Translations under genes and position numbers: made by a program | Origin: Saprolegnia diclina VS20 | Lineage: Eukaryota | DNA length: 64,000 nt | Reading direction: 5' to 3' | Assembly (NCBI RefSeq): GCF_000281045.1 | Contig: NW_008246084.1 | Span: 343,769-407,768, forward strand | In this document: positions 12,401 to 22,013 of the stretch, in pieces | Layout: each line of letters starts with the position of its first letter | How positions within the stretch are numbered: position 1 is the first letter of the stretch | Notes under the pieces: model-generated | Database searches by the model: none | Seen by the model: only the letters and a program-made list of their open reading frames with translations | What the model was told of the DNA's origin: nothing

Positions 12401-12661
12401 AAGCTCAAGCAGAAGGAGCTCCTCGACACGCTCAACTTGGGCCAGTACGCGGTGCGCGGTGACGACGCTGACTGGGCCGCGGCCCTCGACGAGAAGAAGG
12501 ACCCGACGGCCAAGGGCGTCTCGGTCAAGAACACCAAGAAGATGGCCAAGAAGCGCGAGGCCGACGAGAGCGCCGACGCCAAGGACGACAGCAAGGCCAA
12601 GAAGTTCAAGAAGGGCGCGCCGGCCAAGGGCAAGAAGTCCAAGTACGCCAACCTCAAGTAA
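9404..12661 (+). CDS. NAT10: RNA cytidine acetyltransferase NAT10/Kre33
   Basis: MVKKKVDARVRTL, LWCYKKELGFS, TAGRGRGKSAALG, IDEAAAIPL, STINGYEGTGRSL, SHYKNQPNDL, GDLIPW, RVVRIATHP; lysine-rich tail. Confidence 0.97.
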   Translation: MVKKKVDARVRTLLENCVKTNHRSFIVLVGDHGKDQVVNLHYILSKTVVKARPKVLWCYKKELGFSTHKQKRMKQIKKQMSRGLYDSNTEDPFELFISSTDIRWCYYKETQKILGQTYGMCVLQDFEAVTPNILARTIETVEGGGVVVLLLRTMSSLKKLYTMSMDVHSRFRTEAHQDVVARFNERFILSLSGCDKCLVLDDELNVLPISKHARNIEALPPVDDELTPDMRELADLKESLKDTQPVGSLVAQAKTLDQAKAILTFAEAISEKTLRSTVTLTAGRGRGKSAALGMSLAAAVAYGYSNIFVTAPSPENLGTVFDFVFKGFDALKYKEHLDYEIIQSTNPEFNRAVVRVNIFREHRQTIQYIQPHHHEKLAQAELLAIDEAAAIPLPVVKNLLGPYLVFMSSTINGYEGTGRSLSLKLIQKLREQQGSAGMAAQHAMSSIHGDNKTRKGERKLHEERWQAASAAAHQHMAAPQTAAGGGRVLREVTLDIPIRYAQNDAVEKWLNNLLCLDCGSTPQRIMGGTPHPRECELYYVDRDSLFSYHKLSENFLQRLMSLYVASHYKNQPNDLQLLSDAPAHHIFVLLGPQAEGQGNAGQLPDVLCVVQIALEGEISKESVAAQLSRGQRASGDLIPWTVAQQFQDNEFAGLSGARVVRIATHPDVTNMGYGSRAIELLTKYYQGELASGDLDGSDDEAETKKSKKKDDDNDSDDEGNLLKEKVKPRKALPPLLLPLTDRPAERLHWFGTSFGLTLPLYTFWSRAGFRSVYIRQTANALTGEHTAIMLNALKCDDLPASPSTGWLDEFVGDARKRFMALLSYEFRTLPPTLALSLLSDAKTKTTDETANLLRVSSGLISSNDLQVSLTPFDIKRLQSYAKNMVDYHMIVDLIPSVARLYFLNRLPDTTLSYLQRAILMSIGLQHQSVDTLVSELNVPSNQLLALFNKSVRKFATAFNGILEAEVEETIAAPTAVAAMAPTTLTLEEDLADAKDQALKKLKQKELLDTLNLGQYAVRGDDADWAAALDEKKDPTAKGVSVKNTKKMAKKREADESADAKDDSKAKKFKKGAPAKGKKSKYANLK

Positions 12662-12842
12662 ATCGTTGTGTATGCCACCTCATAATATACTTTATATTGC
12701 CTGCGCCGTTGTGGATCACGCAAAATACGAGCCATTGTCATGTCCCGATCGAGGTCGACAACCGAATTCAACCAAATTCAACCAAGTTGAGGCGAGTTGG
12801 GATTGAGATATAGTCATCGACGGCGTGAAACCCACTTGATGC

Positions 12843-13370
12843 ACCGGTAGAGGACCCCCGGTCACCCATGTATCTGTTACAAAAGCCTGGGCAAAACCTC
12901 GGGGGGCCTTGGGGTCGGAGGGCCTACCCTAGGGTCCCAAAGAGCTCTGAGGGTGGGGGTCTGGGCCTATCCTGACCCTACCCTAGGGTGGCGCATGACC
13001 CCCGGGACACTTCCAGAGCATTGTATGCTGCTGTGTTGGAGACAAAACGTTGGGTATAATGCTTGCATAGGATATTGTACCCGAACGCCACTTCGTTGTG
13101 GCGATAGAAGACGTCTTTCTCCTCGCAATTGAGCATTTCCTCAAGCGGTGTGACACACCGATGACCATCACTCATGAGTGAAGGTCATCTGTTTTATCCG
13201 GCAGTTATCCGGTACATATCCGGTCATAGGGGTCTGGGGGCTGGGCTGGGGTCTCGTACCCTAGGGGCAATCTACAAACAGGGATGTATGAGGGGCGGGG
13301 GGCGGCCATCATGGCGGGTCTACCCTAGGGTAAGCCTTGACCCCCCTGGGTGACCAGGGGTCCTACCGGT
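12843..13370. mobile_element. MITE-like / non-autonomous DNA transposon
   Basis: Imperfect terminal inverted repeats ACCGGTAGAGGACCCCCGGTCACCCA (12843-12868) and TGGGTGACCAGGGGTCCTACCGGT (13347-13370). Four subterminal TACCCTAGGG motifs; no transposase; no clear TSD. Confidence 0.6.
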
Positions 13371-13671
13371 AGTATCCTGCAGTCAGCCGTGGATCGCCAG
13401 GAGTATGTGCCACCTACGAGCTACAAGGACGCGCCCGACCCGACGAATGCGAGCAATTTTGCGTGCAACTGAGAGACTGGAGGTTTGGACGTACCAGAGA
13501 CGACGTCCCTTTGCCAACTCAACTACCTTCTTCCCGCAGATAAAGCTGCAGACATGCATATGTAGCGATACTAAAGCTCTCTGAAGTAGCGAGTGGCGGA
13601 AGAGTCAAGAGTGAAACATAGCAACCAACAAGCCTTTTTTGCTTCGTGTCTTAACGTCCTTATGGAGTCGT

Positions 13672-14382
13672 TTACTGCTGGGCAGCGAACGTCTCGGCGG
13701 GCGTGGGCTCGACGTACGGGCGGTAGACTTCCTCCTTGGGTTCCAAGATGGTGACGACATCGTCCAACTGGCGCTTGGGGCCCATGCGGCCCGTGGGGTC
13801 GTGCGGCAACATGATGTTGACCTTGACACCGAGCACACCCTGGCGCATGAGGACGTGGCGGACGGCCGTGTCGACGTACTCGAGGTTGGCGTTACCGGTC
13901 TTGACCATGTAGCCCTCCTTGAACTTCATGGCCTTGGCACGCTGGGCACGCAGCTTGCCCGAGACAATGACTTCGCAGCCCTTGGCGCCCGACTCCATGA
14001 CGAAGCGGAGGACACCCATGGCGGCGCGGCGGACGGCGAGGCCGCCGAGGAGCTTGAACTTAAGCGACTCGGCCTGGGCCTGGGCGCAGAGGCCACGGTT
14101 GGCGACGCGCTCGGCGTAGAGCTCGACGGCGCCGTCGGCGAAGTTGAAACGCTTCTGGACGACCGAGGTCAATTCGCGGATGCGCTGGCCCTTCTCGCCG
14201 AGGACTTCCTGCGTGCGCGTGGCGCGGATGATGACTTCCGTGCGGACCGGCGTGACGCGGACTTCGACGCCCGAGTAACCATCCTCAGCGAGTTCGCGCT
14301 GGAGGAGCTCGTTGAGTTCGGCGAAGAAGACACCGTCAGCGACGAACTTGCGCTTCTTGGAGATGTTGAGGTTGGCGGCCAT
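13672..14382 (-). CDS. RPS3: 40S ribosomal protein S3 (uS3)
   Basis: [58 protein letters not shown]. Confidence 0.98.
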   Translation of the reverse strand: MAANLNISKKRKFVADGVFFAELNELLQRELAEDGYSGVEVRVTPVRTEVIIRATRTQEVLGEKGQRIRELTSVVQKRFNFADGAVELYAERVANRGLCAQAQAESLKFKLLGGLAVRRAAMGVLRFVMESGAKGCEVIVSGKLRAQRAKAMKFKEGYMVKTGNANLEYVDTAVRHVLMRQGVLGVKVNIMLPHDPTGRMGPKRQLDDVVTILEPKEEVYRPYVEPTPAETFAAQQ

Positions 14383-15744
14383 GGTTTGATGAAGCAAAAA
14401 AAGCAATAGAAACCCGAGGCAGACTCCAACCACATAACAAAGTCCCGTGGCCAGTTATCTTGGCGCGATGCCATTGGCCAAAACGATGCGATTTATTTCC
14501 AATGAAATAGTGATCACACTATTTCATGCGTTGGCGATGCGTTGACCGTGGACGCGGCGTTGCATGGGAATACTTCGGTACGCCTTCCCCAAAACGCGAG
14601 TGCAGTAGCGTATTGTCTTGAACTAGAGGCAGATGTGCAGAGCATGCACAGGTTCATACCGACCCCGATCAAAATTGTTTCAATTAGTGTATTTGGCGGG
14701 AACTCACGCGCGGAGGATTGGCAAAAGCAAGCAGCAAATCGTCGCCCTGGTGATGCAATGGGAATGCAATATCAAGCTTCGTCTTTTGATACTCCATGAG
14801 GTGTTAGGCATCTGGGAGGGTGTTGGTGGAGCCTACATGGGCTTGTGTGCTCGCCAAGTGACAGAGTGAGCTGCTCAGTGGTACTGAGACGCCAAAAAGC
14901 TGGGCGCAGAATGGAAGAAGAAGAGAATTCAGCGTCGCGTGCTCTCGTATCAGCAAACTACAAGTGTACGAGTAGGAACAGTGAGTGCGGGGCTTTCAAA
15001 CGATACTGCGGCAAAGATCCAAAGCTTGCATAACTGCGATCACTCGTTTCCGGTGGTGGGCTCAATGTGCATCAGTCTTATGAAGTCAATGTGGCTGCAT
15101 GAGCTCCTTGATTCTACTACGCAGTAGTAATATCACCATGTTTGTGCCTCTCTTTGCAAGCATCTCGCGGGACGAGCTGCAGGAGCCTCGCCGCACTGGT
15201 CGTCTCATTGCTTGGAGGACATCAGCAGCGTCAACAGAGCAATTGGGCGTATTCGCGGGTACACGCAATGGGTTCTGCGTGCATTGGCTAATAAGTGCGA
15301 TAACAGTGACAACGTTTAAGTTTAGATAGGGACAGCATGTACGCACGCTGGAGCTCCGCACTCGGTTGCAATTCAGGCATGGTGGTACTCCCGCACGGCT
15401 ACTTGGATCCTGGAGCCTTTGCCTGCGATTGCGCTACTCGACTCTAGACATGCCCATGTTTCGTCTGCCAGCCGTTCGGTTATGCTTCATCGTCCGTTGC
15501 CACCCAGGAATATGCTGTGCAAGTCGATGGTCGAGACATCGAGGGTTGCCACGACGCCATTTTGATCACCGGAAGATGAAGATGATGATGGAGCTGGCAC
15601 CGTCAACTCAATTTTATTGAAATTCAACAAAAATACAATGCCGCCACATACACCATATCTTGCTCTTTGTATGCCACATGGCACATTCTATTTAAATTAA
15701 ATTAAAAATGCTCCAAGGTGCCAGTCCACTTTGCCCTTTCTCGG

Positions 15745-17031
15745 ATGCGCTTCGTGACCATCAACGACGACGAGAGTGCGTCCGAGCTCGCGGCCTACTC
15801 GAGCCGCGAGATCCTCTACGACGTCAAGGACGAGCTCGAGCGCAGCGCCGACCCCGAGTATCTCCGGCGCAAGCTCCACCGCCAGCGCATCCGCGACTAC
15901 CGCCGGTCTAAAGTGCTCGAGCTGCAGCACTTGCAAAAAGAGGCGGCCGAGCTCCAAGCGCACATTGCCCGCCTCCAAACGGCCAAGAAACACGGAACAT
16001 CGCGAAAAGACTGTCAACTCCCGTGGCGCGATGTGGCCATGGCGCTCCGCGACGCCGCCGACGCGTCGCAAGCGACCAACGCGAGCTTGAAAACCAAGCT
16101 GCAAAAGCACCGCGAGCTCCTCCGCGCCATGACGTCGTGGGTCTCGGCCATGTCGAGCGTCCAGCGCTTCCCGAACGCGAATGCTACCACGTGGCGCAAC
16201 ATTTGCCTCTTCAAGAGCGACGAGTCGCGCCGCCTCGGCTTTGAATGGATGACCAACCACATGCTGCACCACACCAACGCCGTCCTCGATGAGTGTGCCT
16301 TTCCGACTGCACCACTCGATGCAATGCACCACGCGGACTACATGGACTTGCACATCTCGTGGGACGACGCGGGACGCTACCGGCTCTTCCAGCGCCACCA
16401 GACCATCATGCACACGAGCTTGGAGAGCATCACACGTGCCTTGCACCGCATGTACATCAGCGACCGGGTCTCGGTCGCCAATATTGTCAAGGAAGACCTC
16501 GATATGCAGGTACGACGACGGCTGCGTGCTGTGCTTTGGACAAATACGTTCTTAGTTTCTGAACGACTCGGGGCGGTACAGCCGGACGCAAGAGTGGTCG
16601 GCCAACCCACTGCACTTTCTCCGGCGCCAGTTTACAGAACCTGGGCTCCGGTCCATCATCGTGGGTCAAAACATCCTCGAAGACGAGAAGTACCCTGTCG
16701 GCAAGTACATAAGCGACGCCCAAGCCTGGTACTACACTCCCTCGCTCTATGGCTGCGACGACGACCTTCGTCTTCTAGGATTGTCGTGACGCAGCTCGCG
16801 CCGGGCGTCATTTTATATCAAAACTACTATACGGCCGAGCAGCTCCACACCAAAGACGGGGTTGCACTGCCGTTGGAAGATGACGTGTGGTCGACCGCGC
16901 TGTCGCTACACGAGTTGCCCACGCATGACGCCAAGCAAAGAGCCTTTGAACGCCACGTACAGCATCAGTGGGTACACATCATCAAGGCGGCCGAGGCTGG
17001 CATACGAGCCATGTGCGCTGCGTCGCCATGA
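15745..17031 (+). CDS. bZIP-like basic/coiled-coil protein with C-terminal START-like region
   Basis: RRKLHRQRIRDYRRSKVLELQHLQKEAAELQAHIARLQ, LPWRDVA and RRLGFEWMT. Introns at 16510-16555 and about 16729-16778 restore the frame (IIVGQNILEDEKYP). Confidence 0.6.
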   Translation: MRFVTINDDESASELAAYSSREILYDVKDELERSADPEYLRRKLHRQRIRDYRRSKVLELQHLQKEAAELQAHIARLQTAKKHGTSRKDCQLPWRDVAMALRDAADASQATNASLKTKLQKHRELLRAMTSWVSAMSSVQRFPNANATTWRNICLFKSDESRRLGFEWMTNHMLHHTNAVLDECAFPTAPLDAMHHADYMDLHISWDDAGRYRLFQRHQTIMHTSLESITRALHRMYISDRVSVANIVKEDLDMQVRRRLRAVLWTNTFLVSERLGAVQPDARVVGQPTALSPAPVYRTWAPVHHRGSKHPRRREVPCRQVHKRRPSLVLHSLALWLRRRPSSSRIVVTQLAPGVILYQNYYTAEQLHTKDGVALPLEDDVWSTALSLHELPTHDAKQRAFERHVQHQWVHIIKAAEAGIRAMCAASP

Positions 17032-17184
17032 CGACGTGCTGTAATAGATAGACACCTTGTACACCACGTTTGTTGTCTCATCGTCTTGGCTTTGGATTGG
17101 ACGCTGTGGATCGAGTCTTTGTTTGGACCTGCAAGGTGGTCATCCGTAATAACGGCTACCGTGCCGCAGAAATAGAAAGACGGC

Positions 17185-18012
17185 ATGGTCGACCTCGTCA
17201 TGTGGGGGCCGTGCCTCATCATGGCCACCATCGGTGGCGTCGTCGCCTTCTTTGGCGACGTGCTGCTCCTGTATGTGACGTACCCGTTCGACGGGTCGCC
17301 CGTGACCTTTGGCGTCCTCGGCGCGCTCCTCATGTCGTGCGTCGACAACACGGTGCTGTACATCTCGTACGTCTGCGCGACGCTCCGCGCGACAAAGGAC
17401 CACATGTCCAACCGCTGCATCATGTTTGCGATGAGCCGCGCGGGCGCTGGCTACACGCTGCTCTTGCTGCTCGTGCTTGGCTTCTACATGGCGTGGTACG
17501 GCGACGTCTCGCTCGTGTACGTCGGCTTTGTGCTTCTCGATGGCTTCAACGTGACCATGTGCTCGTTTCTCATTGGCCTCTGGCTCTGCGTGCGCAAGAA
17601 GCACAAGCACATTGACCGCCCGACCGTGCCGACAAAGGTCGAAAAGATGTGTATGAACAGCGTCCTCTGGCCGTCCGTCGCGATCCGCTACGTCTACTAC
17701 CTCGTGGCCTTTAGCTTTGTCTTTCTTGAGAAAGGACCGCAGTCGACCAACGTGACCATTGGCGTCTACGTCGGCCTCAACGCGGCGTTCAACGTTGGCG
17801 TCGCCTTTGGCATGCGCTCGTTCCGGCGCAAAGTGCATCGCGACGCCAAGGCGCTCGAGAATGCCCGACCTCAGGCCAACGACGATATGCCAGTGGTGGA
17901 CAACGACGGCCCCGCGTCGGACGAGGTCGACGTCGCAAGTGCCGTCGAGAACGACGACCATGACAACTCTAATATTGACGCCTACGGGTCGGACGACGAG
18001 GCGTACCCGTGA
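17185..18012 (+). CDS. Multi-pass membrane protein of unknown function
   Basis: 275-aa ORF with about 6-7 hydrophobic segments, an acidic C-tail and typical codon bias. Confidence 0.7.
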   Translation: MVDLVMWGPCLIMATIGGVVAFFGDVLLLYVTYPFDGSPVTFGVLGALLMSCVDNTVLYISYVCATLRATKDHMSNRCIMFAMSRAGAGYTLLLLLVLGFYMAWYGDVSLVYVGFVLLDGFNVTMCSFLIGLWLCVRKKHKHIDRPTVPTKVEKMCMNSVLWPSVAIRYVYYLVAFSFVFLEKGPQSTNVTIGVYVGLNAAFNVGVAFGMRSFRRKVHRDAKALENARPQANDDMPVVDNDGPASDEVDVASAVENDDHDNSNIDAYGSDDEAYP

Positions 18013-18232
18013 CGCGTCCAACGTCGATGCCTACTTATAGTCTTTTAAACGTTCAACCTACAAGCACATATCAATGGTCGTAGCCAAGGTTTCGTCGTTG
18101 GGATACCGCACTCTAGCTGTGGGAAACACTCGGTTCTTGTTTTGGTAGATCGCCACGCCCGCTCGAGATTGGCTAGAATGAGCCAATCGGCATGCAGCGG
18201 GCGGGCGCTGGCCTGAAAAGTGCAAACTCGCC

Positions 18233-19100
18233 ATGGTGAAAGGCCTCAACGTGTCGGGCGTGACGCAGTTCGTCTCGGCAGTGCTCAAGTCCCCCAAGCT
18301 GCTCGTACCCCACCTCTCGGTCAAGGGTACGTTCTCGTCTACCATAGCAGCTGGTCATGTGCCGGTGTAGACATCAATGACATCCCGTTCGCCAAGCTCC
18401 ACGCGCTCGGCTTCAAGGGCGTCGTGTTCGATAAGGACAATACGCTCACCGTGCCGTACAAGCGCGAGATTGTTCCGCGTGTGCAGGTGCAGCATCTCGA
18501 CTCGAATATCGGTGACGCAAGCACCACGTAGGATGCCGTGAACGACTGCCAATCGGTCTTTGGCTATGACTGTGTGCTCATTTTCTCCAACTCGGCGGGC
18601 TCGAGCGAAGATGCACCGGCGTTTAACGAAGCCAGCGCGATCGAGGACAGTTTGCGCATGAAGGTGCTGCGCCACGGCACCAAGGTCTGCGCTTGCGATC
18701 CGTGTCTATTCTCAAGCCTCATATGTTCTTAGAAACCTAACGGCATCGAAGCGTTGACGTCGGCACTCCAAGTGGCACCGCACGAGCTCATCATGGTCGG
18801 CGACCGCTACTCGACCGATGTGCTCTTTGGCAACTCGAACGGTACTTTTGCTCGCCATCGCGTAATCTTTCTCACGCGGCATTGTGCAGGGATGCTCACG
18901 GTTCGCACCGACCAGCTCGACAAGAGCGGCGAGTCCATGCTCAACCTGACGGTACAACGACGACGAGCTATCCAATCGTATCGCTCATACGACGACGCCC
19001 GCCGTAGATGCAAGCGATTGAAAATGCCATCTTGGGTCGGCTCTATGCGCGTGGAGTCGAGGCGCCCGCCCACGCCTTGTACGGCAAAGACCAGTTGTAG
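18233..19100 (+). CDS. HAD-IIIA phosphatidylglycerophosphatase (GEP4/YqeG-like), multi-exon
   Basis: GVVFDKDNTLT, IFSNSAGS, VLRHGTK|KP, IMVGDRYSTDVLFGN; five short introns. Confidence 0.88.
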
Positions 19101-19138
19101 TGTAGTCAATACGTTAGTGTACAGCAACAACGCGTTGT

Positions 19139-19475
19139 CTAGGCGTCAGTCGTACTGGCCTCGTCGCGGGGCGGGTACGCCGTGCGCCGGCCTAATCGCA
19201 GCCAAGAACTTAGCCGAGCTTATTGTCATATGTAAGCGTGTACCCTTGTACGAGTTGGTCGTCAGGTCCCAGTCCGGGTCGCGGCCAATGTCCTTGGAGC
19301 CTGTGTTCATGTACACGCCGCGGCGGATCTGCGACGTCGAGAGCGGGCCTTCCATGCTCATCGTGTTCTGGTCCTTCTTGCTCTGCACGATGAGGAAGGG
19401 CATCGAGAACGAGAGGAGGCCACCCGCGCCGACGAGGAGCCCAATGATGCGCTTGTTGTTGCCGCCACGAGCCAT
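19139..19475 (-). CDS. Small single-pass membrane protein
   Basis: MARGGNNKRIIGLLVGAGGLLSFSMPFLIV...RGVYMNTGSKDIGRDPDWD; one probable intron near the 3' end. Confidence 0.7.
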
Positions 19476-19762
19476 GTTGTCAATGCTCGATAGAAAGTGC
19501 ACGCCACCACCAAGTCGTTTTATCCGGACAAGCAAGGAGCATCCGGATAATACACATCGCGATCTTCCTTGCTCTTCTTTCCCGCGGTACTAGTACTAGT
19601 ATGGCGACAGCCATGCCATTGCTATGGTACTGCTGCTACCGTTGTACTTTGCCCTTTAGCTGTGCCTCTTTGCAGGGGCTTCAGAATTCGCGTCCGCCTC
19701 GCGACGACACCACCCTTTGCTGACAATCAACGGTCAACCATGCACTCGTACATGTTGGGCGC

Positions 19763-21646
19763 TTATGACGTGACCATGGAGAGGACGGACACAGCGGCAA
19801 CAAGTAGAGCCGACGGCGAACGGTACTGCCCTGCACTGGGCGGAAGGAGCTGGTCGCAGTACTCGCCACCCCAGAGCGGGTCGCACATGCAGACGCCGCC
19901 CGTGACGCACGAGCCTTGGCTACTGCACACGAGGCCGTTCTTTTCACACAAAACTAGACACGCCACATGAGCCGACACGAGCAATGCTAGCGCCAAGCTC
20001 GCACAAAAGTCGGTCGAACGAAAGACGTCGGCCACCTTGTCACCGCCCGTGGACCCGCCGAGGACGACGATGGCCGGGAGCGTCGTCACCGGGTAGTAGC
20101 GCGCGGTTGCGCAGACGCCGCAGCCGTCGGCGAACGACGAGCTCATGTGGTAGATGCCGTTGACAATGGTCGTCGAGATCGTCGCGCCAGACGGCGTCGC
20201 TTTAGGATCGCACTGCGGGATCACGCTGCCGTTGAGGTTCGTGACGTTCGACTCGGACCGGCAGTTGAAGCCGCAGACGTTGACGTTGGGAATGCTGCGG
20301 TTCGTCACCAGCGCTAGAGCGCATGTCACATCATATGCTGCAACACGTTGAACACGCTACCCGTGTGGCCCCACTTGCCGAGGCAGGTGTACGCGCCGTC
20401 GATGAGCACCTGGCACCAGCCGGCCGTCGACTCGCCGAGCGCATCCGAGCTGATCGGAAGCCAGGAAACTAGCCACGACTCGTCATTTGCGTAAAAAGCA
20501 AATGTGCAAACTACCCCCGTCACGGCTCTGCCATACGTCTGCGTACGTGTGCATGGGCCAGATGCCGTGGCCAATGCGGCCGCCCCCCAGGAGCCAGAGA
20601 CGCGGGCCAAAGAGGTAGTCGGACGGTGTGCTGGCGTGGAGCGAGATGAGCGACGTGAAGGCGCGGACCGGCCATTCCGCGGCTGCCGTGGCTGTCACCC
20701 ACGTCTCTACGATGCATTGTATGTGCTGAAAAGTGTAGGAGGAGTCGCACGCGAAGTGTCAAGGCGGTAGACATCGTTGAGCATCTCCGTGTCGGCGCCC
20801 CAGCCACCGAGAAGAACACCGACGTATTGGGCGGACGCATCGCCGAGCGTGGCGTTGCGAATTGAGTGCGTCACGCAGGCGTGGCCGGCGCGGGGACTCC
20901 ATGGCACACTCGACAGCTTCTTCCAGTTGCCTACATGGACCATTCTAGGGTCACGCCACGATGCGTCGAGCGCGTGCCCACCGCCCACGACCGAGTTGGT
21001 GTACCACACGTCGTTGTTGAGTGGACTGCCGCCCATGACGTAGAAGATGCCATTGAGCGCCATCGCGCAGTGCCATCCGCGAGGTGCCCACGGCACGTTA
21101 TAGCTGACTTGGGTCCACGCGACTAGGTGACGCAAGAGCTGTCACGCCAAGGTTGTCGTACAAAAGCGCACCGCCATCGAGCGAGTACCAAATGTCGTTG
21201 GCCGGCGTTGGCACGTAGCCGCCGAGCAGCACCAGAATCGGCTGGCCACTCAGCGACGGCTCCAGAAAGACCGTGAGCGAGTGCCCAAACCGACGAGGAA
21301 AGGGCGACTCGTCAATGACCTGCGACCACACGTCGCCGTCCACCGACGTCCAAATGTCCGACCGCCGCGTCGTGCGAATCAAATGCCGCGTCGTGTACGG
21401 CCCCGACTGCCCGCCAATGACCCAGAGCTTGCCGCGAAAGACGGCGCTGGCATGGCCTACGCAGCATGAGCGCTCGGTGGGGTAGCTGTCGCTGGCACCG
21501 TCGCGGGGCGTGAACCGCTGGTCGGTTGACGGATACGCCATCCACGTTGACGTGTCGTTGGGCGCAGGGCACGTGGTGCTTGCCACGCCGGCTAGGCAGC
21601 AGCAGAGCGACGCGAGCCAACGCGCAATGGCAGCGACGCGAGCCAT
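19763..21646 (-). CDS. Secreted Kelch-repeat protein with EGF-like domain and likely GPI-anchor signal
   Basis: Signal-like N-terminus. Repeats GHASAVFRGKLWVIGG, PRRFGHSLTV..LLGG, PRGWHCAMALNGIFYVMGG, PRAGHACV..LLGG. C-terminal CSSQGSC..CMCDPLWGGEYC followed by a hydrophobic tail; several introns. Confidence 0.8.
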
Positions 21647-22013
21647 GGTCGATCTTATTGTCGCCGTACGCGTCGTCTTGTAACCGGCATGTTGAAGCAC
21701 GTGTCTTTTATATAAAGTCAAAAGCCGGAAATAGAACCACCAACTCAACGTAGCGCAATGCAGCGGTGGCGATCGCACAAGAGAAGACGCTGGGCTGCGA
21801 CCATGTTAAGGACATTAATGTGGTAAGCTCGAGCGGTCTACCGGCGCCGGTGCGAGGCGATTCATGGGAAATGTGGCGTGTGGCCGGTCGGCACCCAACT
21901 CTGGATTTGTATGTCGGCTAGGAAGACCCGGTACGGTTTCAGATCGAAGGGTCACGTGGCAGCGGGCTCAACATAAAGCCCGAAACAGACGCCGAAAGAT
22001 TCGGCCGCGGTCC

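Noticed and set aside
14500..15700. Long intergenic stretch with short ORFs (similar at 5620-6300, 25600-27100, 49220-49900)
   Set aside because: No consistent codon bias, splice chain, RNA-gene signature or domain motif recognisable by eye; degraded gene remnants cannot be excluded.
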